The position numbers and the translations under genes were made by a program. The notes under the pieces are model-generated. The model was not told the DNA's origin and did no database searches. It saw only the letters and a program-made list of their open reading frames with translations. Below are positions 47,216-57,003 of a stretch of 64,000 nucleotides of DNA, piece after piece; position 1 is the stretch's first letter, and each line of letters opens with the position of its first letter. Location: NCBI GenBank assembly GCA_963786105.1, contig CAWAXX010000014.1, forward strand, positions 160,001-224,000. The letters are read 5' to 3'. Source of the DNA: Vulcanimicrobiota bacterium (GTDB lineage Bacteria; Vulcanimicrobiota; Vulcanimicrobiia; Vulcanimicrobiales; Vulcanimicrobiaceae).

Positions 47216-47943
47216 TAGAAGGTCCCTGCAGTCGCTTCTCCGACTTCGTCGCCGTCGGCAACGAGGTCGAGCGTGAGGCGATGCGTCAGAATCGACATTT
47301 CGCCGGCGAGGTCGATGTTGCGCACGATCACGGGCGCGCGCAGGTGCGAGCGCGATCGGCGCGAAGTTCATGATCGCGCGCACGCCCAGATCGGCGAGCC
47401 GCCGGGCGATCGGCTGCGCGGCTTCGGCGGGAACGGCGATCACGCCGATGTTGCATTCGCGTTCGCGAACGACGCGTTCGATGTCGTCGATGCGTTTCAC
47501 CGTGATGTCCTGCCAGCGTTGACCGATCACCACGGGCGACTGTCGAAGATCGCCGCGATGCGAAATCGCGACTCTCGGGCCGTGATAAACGTTGCGAAAG
47601 CGTGGCCCAGGTAGCCGAAGCCGACGATCGCAATGCGCCAGTCATGTTCCAATCCTAGAACCCAGGCGAGCTGTTCGACAAGCGGATCGATCGCATAGCC
47701 CTGGCCGCGCCGTCCCAAGGGCCCGAGCGCGGAGAGGTCTTTGCGAATCTGGGTGCTCGCGATCGTGTGACCGAGCAGGGCCGCCAGGCCGTGAGACGTG
47801 ATGGTGGTTTTGCCGGCTTCCTGTGCCTGTCGCAGGGCCCGATGGTAGGCATAAAGGCGCGGTATCGAGACGCCGACCAGCGAGGCGAGAGGTGCGCCGG
47901 GCGCCCGCTCGCCGGAGCTTCGCCGAAGGGCCCGGTCGATCAC
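47215..47943 (-). CDS. rex: Redox-sensing repressor Rex with two apparent frameshifts (~47532, ~47345)
   Basis: RLYAYHRAL, QIRKDLS.LG..GRRGQGY, VGFGYLG / IAVPAEAAQ..IMNFAP / VIVRNIDL; TAATG overlap with hemA. Confidence 0.88.
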
Positions 47944-49241
47944 GGCGTCCTCGCCAGGATCTGCGAGAGCGCTGAATCGGCGGCGGCCAGCGTTTGCTCG
48001 ACGTTTCGGGTAGTGTGCGCAGTCGAAACGAAGCCCGCTTCGAACTGCGACGGTGCGAGGTAGATCCCGCGATCGAGCATGGCGTGGAAGTAATTCGCGA
48101 ACAGTTCGGTGTCAGACTTCAGCGCGCTCTCCAAATCCGTTACCGGACCCGGAGTAAAGAACGTCGAGAACATCGATCCGACGTTGGTCGAGTAGTGAGC
48201 GACGCCGTGCTTGGTCATGACCTCGTGAAGACCGTCGACGAGCAAGCCGGTCAGGACTTCGAGCCGGTCGTATATCGTCACGTCGTCGCGCACGATTCGA
48301 AGCGTCGCGATTCCAGCCGCCATCGCCAGCGGATTACCGGACAGGGTCCCCGCTTGATACACCGGACCATCCGGGGAAAGGTACGCCATAACGTCCGCGC
48401 GGCCGCCGAACGCGCCGACCGGAAGGCCGCCGCCGATGACCTTGCCTAGCGTCGTCAAATCCGGAATTACGCCTTCGCGTTCCGCGGCGCCGCCGCGCGC
48501 GACCCGAAAGCCCGTCATCACCTCGTCGAAGATCAGTAAAGCGCCGCTCTTGGTGCATAGTTCGCGCAGATGCCGAAGGTAGCCGGCGCGGGGCAAAACG
48601 AGTCCCATATTTCCCGGATACGGCTCGACGATGACGGCCGCGATTTCGCCCGGGTTGGTTTCGAACGCGTGCGCGACGGCGGCGGCGTCGTTGAACGGTA
48701 GAACGATCGTGTCGCGCGCGATGGCGTCGGTCACCCCCGGCGAGTTGGGCACGCCGTTGGTCAGCGCGCCCGAACCCGCGGCGATCAAAAACGCATCCGC
48801 GTGTCCATGGTAGCAACCGGCGAACTTAACGATCTTCGCGCGGCGAGTAAATCCTCGAGCCAGCCGGATCGCACTCATGGTGGCTTCGGTGCCGCTCGAG
48901 ACGAAACGCAGGCGCTCGATCGTCGGAACCATCGAAACGATCAGTTCGGCGAGTTCGCTCTCGGCTTCGGTCGGCGTGCCGAACGACGTTCCGCGAGCCG
49001 CCGCAGCGGCGATCGCCTTCACCACCGCCGGATGTGCGTGCCCGAGGATCAACGGGCCCCATGAAAGCACGTAGTCGATGTATTCGTGGTCGTCGAGGTC
49101 GTGCAGCATCTCTCCCGCACCGCTCTTCATGAAGACCGGTGACAAACCCACGGCTTTGAAGGCTCTTACGGGCGAGTTTACGCCCCCGGAAATGACGCGC
49201 TTCGCCCGCGCGAACGCTGCAATCGAGCGTTCCAAACTCAC
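47940..49241 (-). CDS. hemL: Glutamate-1-semialdehyde 2,1-aminomutase
   Basis: GGVNSPVRAF, SGTEAT, FDEVMTGFR, LGKVIGGG, QAGTLSGNP. Confidence 0.97.
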   Translation of the reverse strand: MSLERSIAAFARAKRVISGGVNSPVRAFKAVGLSPVFMKSGAGEMLHDLDDHEYIDYVLSWGPLILGHAHPAVVKAIAAAAARGTSFGTPTEAESELAELIVSMVPTIERLRFVSSGTEATMSAIRLARGFTRRAKIVKFAGCYHGHADAFLIAAGSGALTNGVPNSPGVTDAIARDTIVLPFNDAAAVAHAFETNPGEIAAVIVEPYPGNMGLVLPRAGYLRHLRELCTKSGALLIFDEVMTGFRVARGGAAEREGVIPDLTTLGKVIGGGLPVGAFGGRADVMAYLSPDGPVYQAGTLSGNPLAMAAGIATLRIVRDDVTIYDRLEVLTGLLVDGLHEVMTKHGVAHYSTNVGSMFSTFFTPGPVTDLESALKSDTELFANYFHAMLDRGIYLAPSQFEAGFVSTAHTTRNVEQTLAAADSALSQILARTP

Positions 49242-49819
49242 CGGGCGATTCTCGCGGCGCGGCGCAAATCTTCGGGCGTATTCACGTTGGTGAAATACGA
49301 CGCGGCAGCGGTTGCGAATCGAGTTCTAAGCCGCTCGACGAGCGCGTGCATCGACGCGTTACCTTGCGCCAGCAACGCGCCCGCCTCGCGCACGAGGGCG
49401 CCACGCAGGTAGAAGGCCGCCAGCGGTTCGATCCGGCCGTCGTGGCGGGGCACGACCGCTTCGTCGCCGGGTTGCCACGCCGCGGCCAGCGCTGCCAGGA
49501 GATCGGCGTCGACGCGCGGTTCGTCGGCGGCCAGCGCGAAGATGCGTTCGTGCCTCAAGGACTCGCAGGCCGAAAGCAGCCCGCGCAGCGGTCCGCCGCC
49601 CGGCCAGCGATCGATCAGCATCGGCGCGGGCAGCTTACCGGCGATTGACGGTGTGAAGCGTTCGCTGCCGGCAATATACACCGGCAGACCGGTGGCGCGC
49701 GCGTTGCGATAGACGCGCATCAAGATCGGCTCGCCGTCGAGTGGGCGCTCGAGTTTTCCGGGAAAGCGTGTCGCCAGACCGCCGGCAAGAATGACGATGG
49801 CGTCATATGCGCCGTTCAC
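49238..49819 (-). CDS. mobA: Molybdenum cofactor guanylyltransferase
   Basis: LAGGLATRFPGK, GPLRG, EPLAAFY, NVNTPED. Confidence 0.85.
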   Translation of the reverse strand: MNGAYDAIVILAGGLATRFPGKLERPLDGEPILMRVYRNARATGLPVYIAGSERFTPSIAGKLPAPMLIDRWPGGGPLRGLLSACESLRHERIFALAADEPRVDADLLAALAAAWQPGDEAVVPRHDGRIEPLAAFYLRGALVREAGALLAQGNASMHALVERLRTRFATAAASYFTNVNTPEDLRRAARIAR

Positions 49820-50796
49820 CGCGACTGTCTCGTTACGCGGGCGGCGTATTCTTTGGCGAAATAGGTGATGACGATATCGGCTCCCGCACGCACGAAGGCG
49901 GTGAGCACTTCGTCCGTCGCGCGTTCGCCGTCGAGCCAGCCGTTTGCCGCGGCCGCTTTGATCGCGGCGTACTCGCCGCTAACGTTGAAAACGGCGATTG
50001 GAACGTCGAAGCTGTCGCGCGCCGCGCGGACGACGTCGAGGTAGGGCAAGCCGGGTTTGACCATGACGATATCCGCGCCTTCGTCGATGTCGAGAGCGAT
50101 TTCGCGCAGCGCTTCGCGAACGTTGGGCGGATCCATCTGATACGTGCGCCGATCGCCGGTTTGCGGCGTCGATCCGGCGGCTTCGCGAAACGGGCCGTAG
50201 AACGCCGACGCATACTTCGCGCTATACGCCATGATCGCGACGCCCGTATGGTTGCGCGCGTCCAATGCCGACCGAATGGCGCCGACCCTTCCGTCCATCA
50301 TGTCGGACGGGGCAACGACGTCGACGCCGGCTTCCGCATACGTGACGGCGGTGCGCGCTAAGAGTTCGAGCGTTGCATCGTTGTCGACGTCGCCGCCCGC
50401 GTCGAGGATGCCGCAATGTCCGTGGTCGGTGTATTCGCAGTTGCAGAGATCGGCCACTACAACCATCTCCGGCAACGCCTTCTTGATCGCCCGCGCGCTT
50501 TGCTGCACGACGCCTTGCGGATCGTAGTTGCTCGAAGCGATCGCGTCCTTGTGGGCGGGAATTCCAAAAAGCAGTACGCTTCGAATCCCGAGGGCGACGA
50601 GCTCGCGGGCCTCGCGGACCGCGCCGTCGACCTCCAGGCGCGCGATTCCCGGCATCGACGCAATCGGCCCGGCGTCCGCCGCGCGTTCGGCAACGAACAG
50701 GGGCGCGACCAGCTGGTCGAGTGTCAGCCGGTTCTCGCGAACCAGCGCCCGCATCGCCTCGCCGCGCCGGAGGCGGCGGGGGCGCACCGCGATCAC
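49816..50796 (-). CDS. hemB: Porphobilinogen synthase
   Basis: DLCNCEYTDHGHCG, APSDMMDG, SAFYGPFR, MVKPG. Confidence 0.96.
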   Translation of the reverse strand: MIAVRPRRLRRGEAMRALVRENRLTLDQLVAPLFVAERAADAGPIASMPGIARLEVDGAVREARELVALGIRSVLLFGIPAHKDAIASSNYDPQGVVQQSARAIKKALPEMVVVADLCNCEYTDHGHCGILDAGGDVDNDATLELLARTAVTYAEAGVDVVAPSDMMDGRVGAIRSALDARNHTGVAIMAYSAKYASAFYGPFREAAGSTPQTGDRRTYQMDPPNVREALREIALDIDEGADIVMVKPGLPYLDVVRAARDSFDVPIAVFNVSGEYAAIKAAAANGWLDGERATDEVLTAFVRAGADIVITYFAKEYAARVTRQSR

Positions 50797-52688
50797 GAGT
50801 TCGCCTCGAGGCGCTCGCGGACCAGGGAGACGAAAGCCGCGATCGAGGCGTCGGGCGACACGGCGTCTGGCTCGAAGCCGGCCGCGCACGCGGCGCGCGC
50901 CGAAGCCGGCCCCATCGCGACGACCGCCGGGCGCCGTCGCGAGGATCGCAGGCGTGCCAGGTATGGCTCGGCGACCGCTACCGAGCCGCTCGACGGGAAA
51001 AGCAGCATATCGATGGTGCGTTCGGCGGGGTCGGGGCCGTCGTCCCCCGCGCGCAGTTCAACGACGTCAACCCCTTCGGCGCGTAAAGCGGCGGCAATCC
51101 GGCTTGGATGCTCCCGCGTACGCGGTAGCACGACCCGCCGGTCCGAGCGACCCGCGGCAAGCCCGGCGGCAAGGTCGGCGCCGAGCCTTTCGGCCTGTTC
51201 GACGTTTTCTACCCGGCGCTCCAGGCGTTTTCGTTGAACCGGGCCGTCCGGACCGACGGCATACGCCGCCCACACCACCGCCACGCCCTGCTCCAGACGG
51301 GCGTGCACGCCGATAGGTGCGCTGCAGCCGGCGCGCAGGGCTCGCAGTGCCGCCCGCTCGCATCGAACGCAAAGTTCGGCAAGCGGGTCGTTGATCGCCG
51401 CGTTCAGTTTGCCGGCGAGGACGGCGTCCTCGCTGCGCGTTTCGATGCCCAACGCGCCCTGGGCGACTGCCGGGACGACGACGTCGACCTCAAATGCGAC
51501 GGTATGTGCCGCCCGCAGTTTCAGGCGGTTCAGTCCCGCAATGGCAAGCACGACCGCGTCGTAGTCTCCGTCGCGCAGCTTACGTAGACGCGTATCGACG
51601 TTACCGCGAAGGTCTTCGAAGTGCAAATCCGGACGCAGTGCCGCTAGCTGCGAGCGGCGCCGCGGACTCGAGGTTCCGACGACGGCGCCTGCCGGAAGCG
51701 CGTCGAAGGTCGGAAAACGCTCGCTACAAAACGCGTCGCGCGGATCTTCGCGGACCGAGATAGCGGCGAGTCGCATGTCGCTCGCGAGTTCGCTCGGCAG
51801 GTCCTTGCAGGAGTGCACCGCGTAGTCGGCGCGACGATCGCGCAACGCGCTCTCGAGTTCCGCAACGAAAACGTTGACGCTTCCGATGCGATCGATCGCG
51901 CGATCCCGGTGCCGGTCGCCGGTCGTCGTTATCGGTAGGATCGTAGTCGCGATTCCTCGTGCGGCCAGACGTGCGGCGACCGTGCGAGTCTGCGTCATCG
52001 CCAGCGCGCTGGCACGCGACGCGCAGGTGACGGTCGCGGTCGGATTCGGTTGCGCGTCGTGACGCAGCCGCTCGATCGTCGCTTCCACCTCGTGTTCGGC
52101 GACGACGGGATTCATCGACGCGAGCTGGGCAATCGGTAGCGATGCCAGCGAACGGAGAACCTCGGAACGCCGCCCCGGCGGGAGCACGGTTTTGACGTAG
52201 GATCGCATGCGCGCGAGCGTGCGCGCAGCGCCGCCGTACTCGGGACCGTACGCGTCCGCGAGTTCGGCGGCAATACGCTTGGAAAGCGCCGGCGATCCTC
52301 CGCCGGTATCGACGCTCAAGGTGACGTCCCCGCGGCGTACGGTCGCCGGTATATGAAAGTCGCCGCGCTCAGAATCGATTGCGTCGCAAACGAGAACTCC
52401 GGCCGCGCGAGCGTCGCGCACGACGCCGGCATTGACGCCGTCGTCATCGGTCGCGGCGACGACCAAGGCCGCGTCTTGCACGTCGGCCGGTTCGTACGGT
52501 CGCTCGGCATAGCTGCCGTAACCCGCGAGCGAGCGCAAGCGATCGTCGGCGATCGACGTGGCAACCACGAAGATCGGGAAGCCGGCGGCGACGAGCGATT
52601 CGGCTTTGCGCGCCGCAACGCTGCCTCCGCCGACGATCAGGACTCGACGACCGTTGGGACGCAAAGCGATTGGAAGCATATGGGTCAT
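50793..52688 (-). CDS. hemC: Precorrin-2 dehydrogenase (SirC/CysG-N) - hydroxymethylbilane synthase - partial HemD fusion
   Basis: VGGGSVAARK, TGGGSP; ASRASALA, VHSCKDLP, GTSSPRR, LRGNVDTRL, AGCSAPIG; VLPRT..FPSSGSV..AMGP. Confidence 0.88.
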   Translation of the reverse strand: MTHMLPIALRPNGRRVLIVGGGSVAARKAESLVAAGFPIFVVATSIADDRLRSLAGYGSYAERPYEPADVQDAALVVAATDDDGVNAGVVRDARAAGVLVCDAIDSERGDFHIPATVRRGDVTLSVDTGGGSPALSKRIAAELADAYGPEYGGAARTLARMRSYVKTVLPPGRRSEVLRSLASLPIAQLASMNPVVAEHEVEATIERLRHDAQPNPTATVTCASRASALAMTQTRTVAARLAARGIATTILPITTTGDRHRDRAIDRIGSVNVFVAELESALRDRRADYAVHSCKDLPSELASDMRLAAISVREDPRDAFCSERFPTFDALPAGAVVGTSSPRRRSQLAALRPDLHFEDLRGNVDTRLRKLRDGDYDAVVLAIAGLNRLKLRAAHTVAFEVDVVVPAVAQGALGIETRSEDAVLAGKLNAAINDPLAELCVRCERAALRALRAGCSAPIGVHARLEQGVAVVWAAYAVGPDGPVQRKRLERRVENVEQAERLGADLAAGLAAGRSDRRVVLPRTREHPSRIAAALRAEGVDVVELRAGDDGPDPAERTIDMLLFPSSGSVAVAEPYLARLRSSRRRPAVVAMGPASARAACAAGFEPDAVSPDASIAAFVSLVRERLEANS

Positions 52689-52727
52689 CAAAAGAGTTCC
52701 GCATCCGTTCGCCAAAAACCGCCGCAA

Positions 52728-54407
52728 GTGGCCGCAAAAGAGAGGTTCCCTGCCGCGGAGCGCCCTGCCCTCGCGGCGTTCGTCGGAGGTGTTGCGGCCG
52801 CGCTGATCACCCTGCCGGGCCTGGGCGTCGGCTCGTTGTGGGATAACAGCGAGACGGCATACGGCGAAGTTGCCCGTGAGATTCTGATCGGCCATGACTG
52901 GGTCGTCCTACATTTCAATACCGTCCCGTACTTCGTCCAGCCGCCGCTGTATTTTTGGCTTGGCGCGTTTTTTGCCATGCTGTTCGGACTGACGTCCTTC
53001 GCGTTGCGCTTGCCCTCGGCGCTGGCGACGATTGCGCTGGCAGCCATGACCGGTTATGCGGTCGCGCGCCAAGCCGGCACGCGTGTCGGTATCTTCGCAA
53101 GCGTCATTTTATCGAGCTGCTTGATGATGGCCGTCATCGGCCGGCTGGCGATCATGGACGCGCTCCTCGACCTAACCGTCGCGATGACGATTTTTTGGTG
53201 GTTCCGCGGTCTCGAAACTGGGCGCGACCGTTATATCGTGTACGGTTGGATTGCCGCCGGTTTCGGTTTTCTTGCCAAAGGCCTGGTGGCGCCCGTTATG
53301 GCGCTGCTGGTAATCGTGCCGTTCTTCGTCTGGAACAATCGACACGAGTCGACGCCGTTGCCGACGGCGCGCGCGTGGTTCCTCGGGTTAATCGCGTTTG
53401 CGGTCATCGTAGTACCGTGGCCGCTGGCATTGGTTTGGCAGTACCATCTGTTTCCGCTCGAAAAACTCTTCGGGCACTACACGATCGAGCGCTATACCGG
53501 CGTCATCGAAAACCAGTCCGGGCCGATTTGGTATTACGTGCCGGTCTTACTCTTGGGGTTTTTTCCGTGGACCGCTTTCTTGCCGATGGCCGTCGTCTAT
53601 GGCTTCCGGCAGTTGAAGGCGCTCCCGCAGGATCCGCATTTGGCGAGACTGGTACGCTTCGCGTTCACCTGGATCGCCGTGCCGCTGCTTTTCTTTAGCT
53701 TCGCGCGCACCAAGCTTCCCAACTATATCGCTTTGGAATTCCCCGCCTTCGCGCTGATTGCCGCGCTCTATTTTGAAGCCGTGGTGCGGCGCGGCGGAAC
53801 CCGGTCGGCCGTGATCTCTGCATCCTTCGTGCCGCTGACCATCGGCGCGGTCGCGCTGGCGATCGCGCTCTTCATGCGCAGCAACGAATTCGAAGCAACC
53901 GTCTCGCAGCTCGTTCCGGGACTGGTGGCGATGGGCGCGGTGGTCTTCGCCGGTTCGTTGTTGACGGCGCTGCTCGTAGCGCGCCCCTCTAACGTCGGAT
54001 CCGCGCCATACGCGCTGGCGATCACGATGCTGATCGCGGTCGACGTTCTCGCGTTGGCGGTTCTTCCGCACGCCGAGGCGTACAAGCCGATACCTCGGCT
54101 GGCCGCGATCATCAATCGCGAACGGGCGCCGTTCGACAAAGTCGCGATCCAGAGCACGTCGGGCGGAAATGCGCTGCTGTTCTACACCCGTCCCGACGTC
54201 GCGGTGCTCGCACCGCCCGGTGGCGGCGACCCCGAAACCGGTGGCATCGATCCACGCGTCGCGATTTGCGGCGCGCAACGCGCGTGGGTCATCGCACCGA
54301 AGAAGCGGCCCGCGTACGACCCCACCTACGGACGACGCCGCCGCTTGATCGCCACCGACATGAACGCCGCGTTATTTCTGTACGACGGCCCGCTCTGCAC
54401 GCTCTAA
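52728..54407 (+). CDS. Glycosyltransferase family 39 (ArnT-like)
   Basis: LWDNSETAYGEVARE, QPPLYFW, LRLPSAL, LAKG, TKLPNY; many TM segments. Confidence 0.9.
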   Translation: MAAKERFPAAERPALAAFVGGVAAALITLPGLGVGSLWDNSETAYGEVAREILIGHDWVVLHFNTVPYFVQPPLYFWLGAFFAMLFGLTSFALRLPSALATIALAAMTGYAVARQAGTRVGIFASVILSSCLMMAVIGRLAIMDALLDLTVAMTIFWWFRGLETGRDRYIVYGWIAAGFGFLAKGLVAPVMALLVIVPFFVWNNRHESTPLPTARAWFLGLIAFAVIVVPWPLALVWQYHLFPLEKLFGHYTIERYTGVIENQSGPIWYYVPVLLLGFFPWTAFLPMAVVYGFRQLKALPQDPHLARLVRFAFTWIAVPLLFFSFARTKLPNYIALEFPAFALIAALYFEAVVRRGGTRSAVISASFVPLTIGAVALAIALFMRSNEFEATVSQLVPGLVAMGAVVFAGSLLTALLVARPSNVGSAPYALAITMLIAVDVLALAVLPHAEAYKPIPRLAAIINRERAPFDKVAIQSTSGGNALLFYTRPDVAVLAPPGGGDPETGGIDPRVAICGAQRAWVIAPKKRPAYDPTYGRRRRLIATDMNAALFLYDGPLCTL

Positions 54408-54427
54408 GCGCGCGTCGTCCCGAGTCG

Positions 54428-54615
54428 TGTCATCCTGAGCGGAGCTCGCGTTAGCGAGCGCAGTCGAAGGATGAACGGCGCGATCTCGCACTCGCGGGAC
54501 GCTCGCTTTTTCGGATCCGTCCGAAAAAGCTGCTCGGCCGGCTCGTCGCTCCCGGCATCCGTGCCTCCGCTCCTCGTCCGGACGCCCGCTCGTCGCGGGA
54601 TCGCGCCGTTCGTCC
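54428..54615. repeat. Structured repeat copy C (core inverted) with one REP-like unit
   Basis: Reverse complement of the core, closed by GAACGGCGCGATC...GATCGCGCCGTTC. Confidence 0.85.
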
Positions 54616-54629
54616 GTACGACTTGCGAC

Positions 54630-56159
54630 CTACGGCTTGTATCCGCTTACTTGAGCTGCGGTAACCGCTGAAGCTTTGTTGCTGCCTAGGGAAGTGCGAA
54701 TGTACGTAATGACGTCGGCGACGTCGCCGTTCGAAAGCGTACCCTTCCACGCCGGCATCATGCCGTTATACGATTGCCCACCAACCGAAATCGCACCGTG
54801 AAGGCCGTTGAGCACGATGCCGATGACTTTGTTCGGATCGCCCGTAACGACGGGATTATTGGTAAGCGGCGGGAACGCGCCAGGCTGGCCTTGGCCCTGC
54901 GCGCCGTGGCACGACGAACAGTTCGTCGAAAAGACTTTCGCTCCGTTGGCACTGCCAGCTGCCGCCGCGCCGCCTGCAGCCGGCGCGCCGCCGCCGCCAG
55001 TGGTCGCGCCGGTCGATGCGGTTGAGGTGGTTGACGTTTCCGACATCGCCAGGACCGTGGCCTGGCTTGGCGATGGTGGCGCCGCCGCCTGTTTGGCCAT
55101 CGTGGTGACCTGTGCGTATATCGAAAGAACGACGATAACAATTACCATGATGGTCGTGCCCCACAGGATGCCTTTTCGCGAAGAAAAACTGCGCGTCGTA
55201 CTGCGGTCGAGCCAGGGAATCACCAGGACGACGACCAGGAAAAGGGTTGGAACGATGATGGTGGCGATGAGCTCCATCGGCAGCGGAATCGGTCCGATGC
55301 TGAGCGATGGCGGCACGAGGCCGAGCAGCCCGAACAGCGAGAGAAAATACCAGGCCGGATACGGAACGAACTGCGAGTTGGTCGGATCTGCTTTGGCGTC
55401 GAGGAACGGTGGAAAGAACAGCGCCAAGAAGATGATGACGACGAACACCAAAAACGAGACCGCGGCATCCATGAACATTTGATCCGGCCAGAAGCGCCCG
55501 ACTTTGAGCTTGCGCGGATCGTCGACGACCGGACCGGCCGAACCGTTATGGCGGAAGATGGCTAAATGCGCGCCGACGAGCCCGACAAGCGCGGCCGGCA
55601 TCAACCACACGTGAAGACCGAAGAAGCGGTTGATCGTCGCCGTACCCATCGTCCCCCCTCCTTGCGCGATATTTTGGAGGATCGGTCCGGCGACCGGCGC
55701 GAGGCCGGTGATATTGAGCGAAACTTGCGAAGCGAAGTACGCATCCATGTCCCACGGCAAGAGGTAGCCGGTGAGTCCGAGGACCAGCGTCACCAACAGC
55801 AACAGGACGCCGACCACCCATTGTAGCTCGCGAGGCGACTTGTAGGCTCCCCAAATCAGCACTTGCAGCAAGTGAAGGAAGACCAGCGCGATCATCGCCG
55901 ACGCGCCCCAGTAGTGAACCGAAAGCAAGAAGTGCGTAGACGGGTTGAGGTAAATTGCGCGGGTCGATTCCCACGCGGTGTCGGCCGACGGCGCGTAAAA
56001 GAACGTGAGGAAAATCCCAGTAACGATCTGCACGATCATCGCGAAGAGCGTCGCACTGCCGAACACGTACCAATAACTCGCGCCGCCGGGGACGTCCTCG
56101 GTGAGGAAATCCTTGGTCAGCGAAACGAAGCCGGTGCGTTTCTCGATCCAGTTGAGCAT
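54630..56159 (-). CDS. Cytochrome b (b6 plus subunit IV-like) fused to a C-terminal cytochrome c
   Basis: SVHYWGAS..LH, TGYLLPWD, LHVWL..AH, PAWYF, CSSCHG..MMPAW. Confidence 0.92.
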   Translation of the reverse strand: MLNWIEKRTGFVSLTKDFLTEDVPGGASYWYVFGSATLFAMIVQIVTGIFLTFFYAPSADTAWESTRAIYLNPSTHFLLSVHYWGASAMIALVFLHLLQVLIWGAYKSPRELQWVVGVLLLLVTLVLGLTGYLLPWDMDAYFASQVSLNITGLAPVAGPILQNIAQGGGTMGTATINRFFGLHVWLMPAALVGLVGAHLAIFRHNGSAGPVVDDPRKLKVGRFWPDQMFMDAAVSFLVFVVIIFLALFFPPFLDAKADPTNSQFVPYPAWYFLSLFGLLGLVPPSLSIGPIPLPMELIATIIVPTLFLVVVLVIPWLDRSTTRSFSSRKGILWGTTIMVIVIVVLSIYAQVTTMAKQAAAPPSPSQATVLAMSETSTTSTASTGATTGGGGAPAAGGAAAAGSANGAKVFSTNCSSCHGAQGQGQPGAFPPLTNNPVVTGDPNKVIGIVLNGLHGAISVGGQSYNGMMPAWKGTLSNGDVADVITYIRTSLGSNKASAVTAAQVSGYKP

Positions 56160-56178
56160 CGATATTCTTCCTTCGGCC

Positions 56179-56895
56179 TTACGCTTGGTACGAAACGATG
56201 ATGCGCGCGGGGGTGTTGGGCTGGTACTGAATCCAAGTAACGTCGGCCGAGCCGCTCTGTTCGCGCAGCGGCAACGGGTCGAGACCGCGCGGCGCCGGGC
56301 CGGCTACGTGTGTGCCGTCGAAGTTATACTGCGATCCGTGGCACGGACAGAGGAACTTGTTGGCCGACGCGCTCCAGTTGAAACGGCAACCGAGATGCGG
56401 ACAGATCGGGCTGAAGATCACGAAGCCGAGGTTGACGGCCGGATACGTGGTGTCGCCACCGGCGACTTTGTAAATGTCGGGACGGGCGGCCTGGAACTTG
56501 GCAGCGTCGATCTTGATCCCCCAGACGTACTCGTCCGCCTCTTTGGTCGGCAGATACCCGTCCTTGTATTTCAAGGTAAAGGTCATCTTCACGGGCTTTG
56601 AGGTTGCTTCACCCAACGCGTCCACTTCGGTCTTGGTCAGCGGCGACCAACTGCCTTTGCCTTCGGTACCCGCAGGGAGCAGCGACCCGACGATCGGCAC
56701 CGCCAAGACGACGCCGATTATGCCGCTAACGGTCATGGTCGCATTGGCCATGAACGTGCGCCGGCTGACCTCTTCAGAAGTCTCCGGCTGGTCGTAAGCA
56801 CTCAAAATTTTTCGCTGGACGCCTTCAGAAGCGTCGGCGGCTCCATGATTCGACACACTGGCTCTCCCGGGTGGCAGGTAACGGCTGACGGTCAC
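56179..56895 (-). CDS. Rieske iron-sulfur subunit of the bc complex (start uncertain)
   Basis: Tat SRRTFM, CPHLGC, CPCHGSQY, GPAPRGL. Confidence 0.92.
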   Translation of the reverse strand: MTVSRYLPPGRASVSNHGAADASEGVQRKILSAYDQPETSEEVSRRTFMANATMTVSGIIGVVLAVPIVGSLLPAGTEGKGSWSPLTKTEVDALGEATSKPVKMTFTLKYKDGYLPTKEADEYVWGIKIDAAKFQAARPDIYKVAGGDTTYPAVNLGFVIFSPICPHLGCRFNWSASANKFLCPCHGSQYNFDGTHVAGPAPRGLDPLPLREQSGSADVTWIQYQPNTPARIIVSYQA

Positions 56896-57003
56896 TTTAC
56901 CTACGATTGTAAATCTGCCCTTTTAGAAGCCTGTCAGACTTAAGCACACTCCCGTCTTCGGGTCCGCCTTTCGTCCTAACGCGTTGTCCGCGCGTCGCGA
57001 TGC

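Noticed and set aside
45328..47540. Programmed ribosomal frameshifting
   Set aside because: No slippery heptamers seen, and five events in three adjacent genes fit sequence error better.
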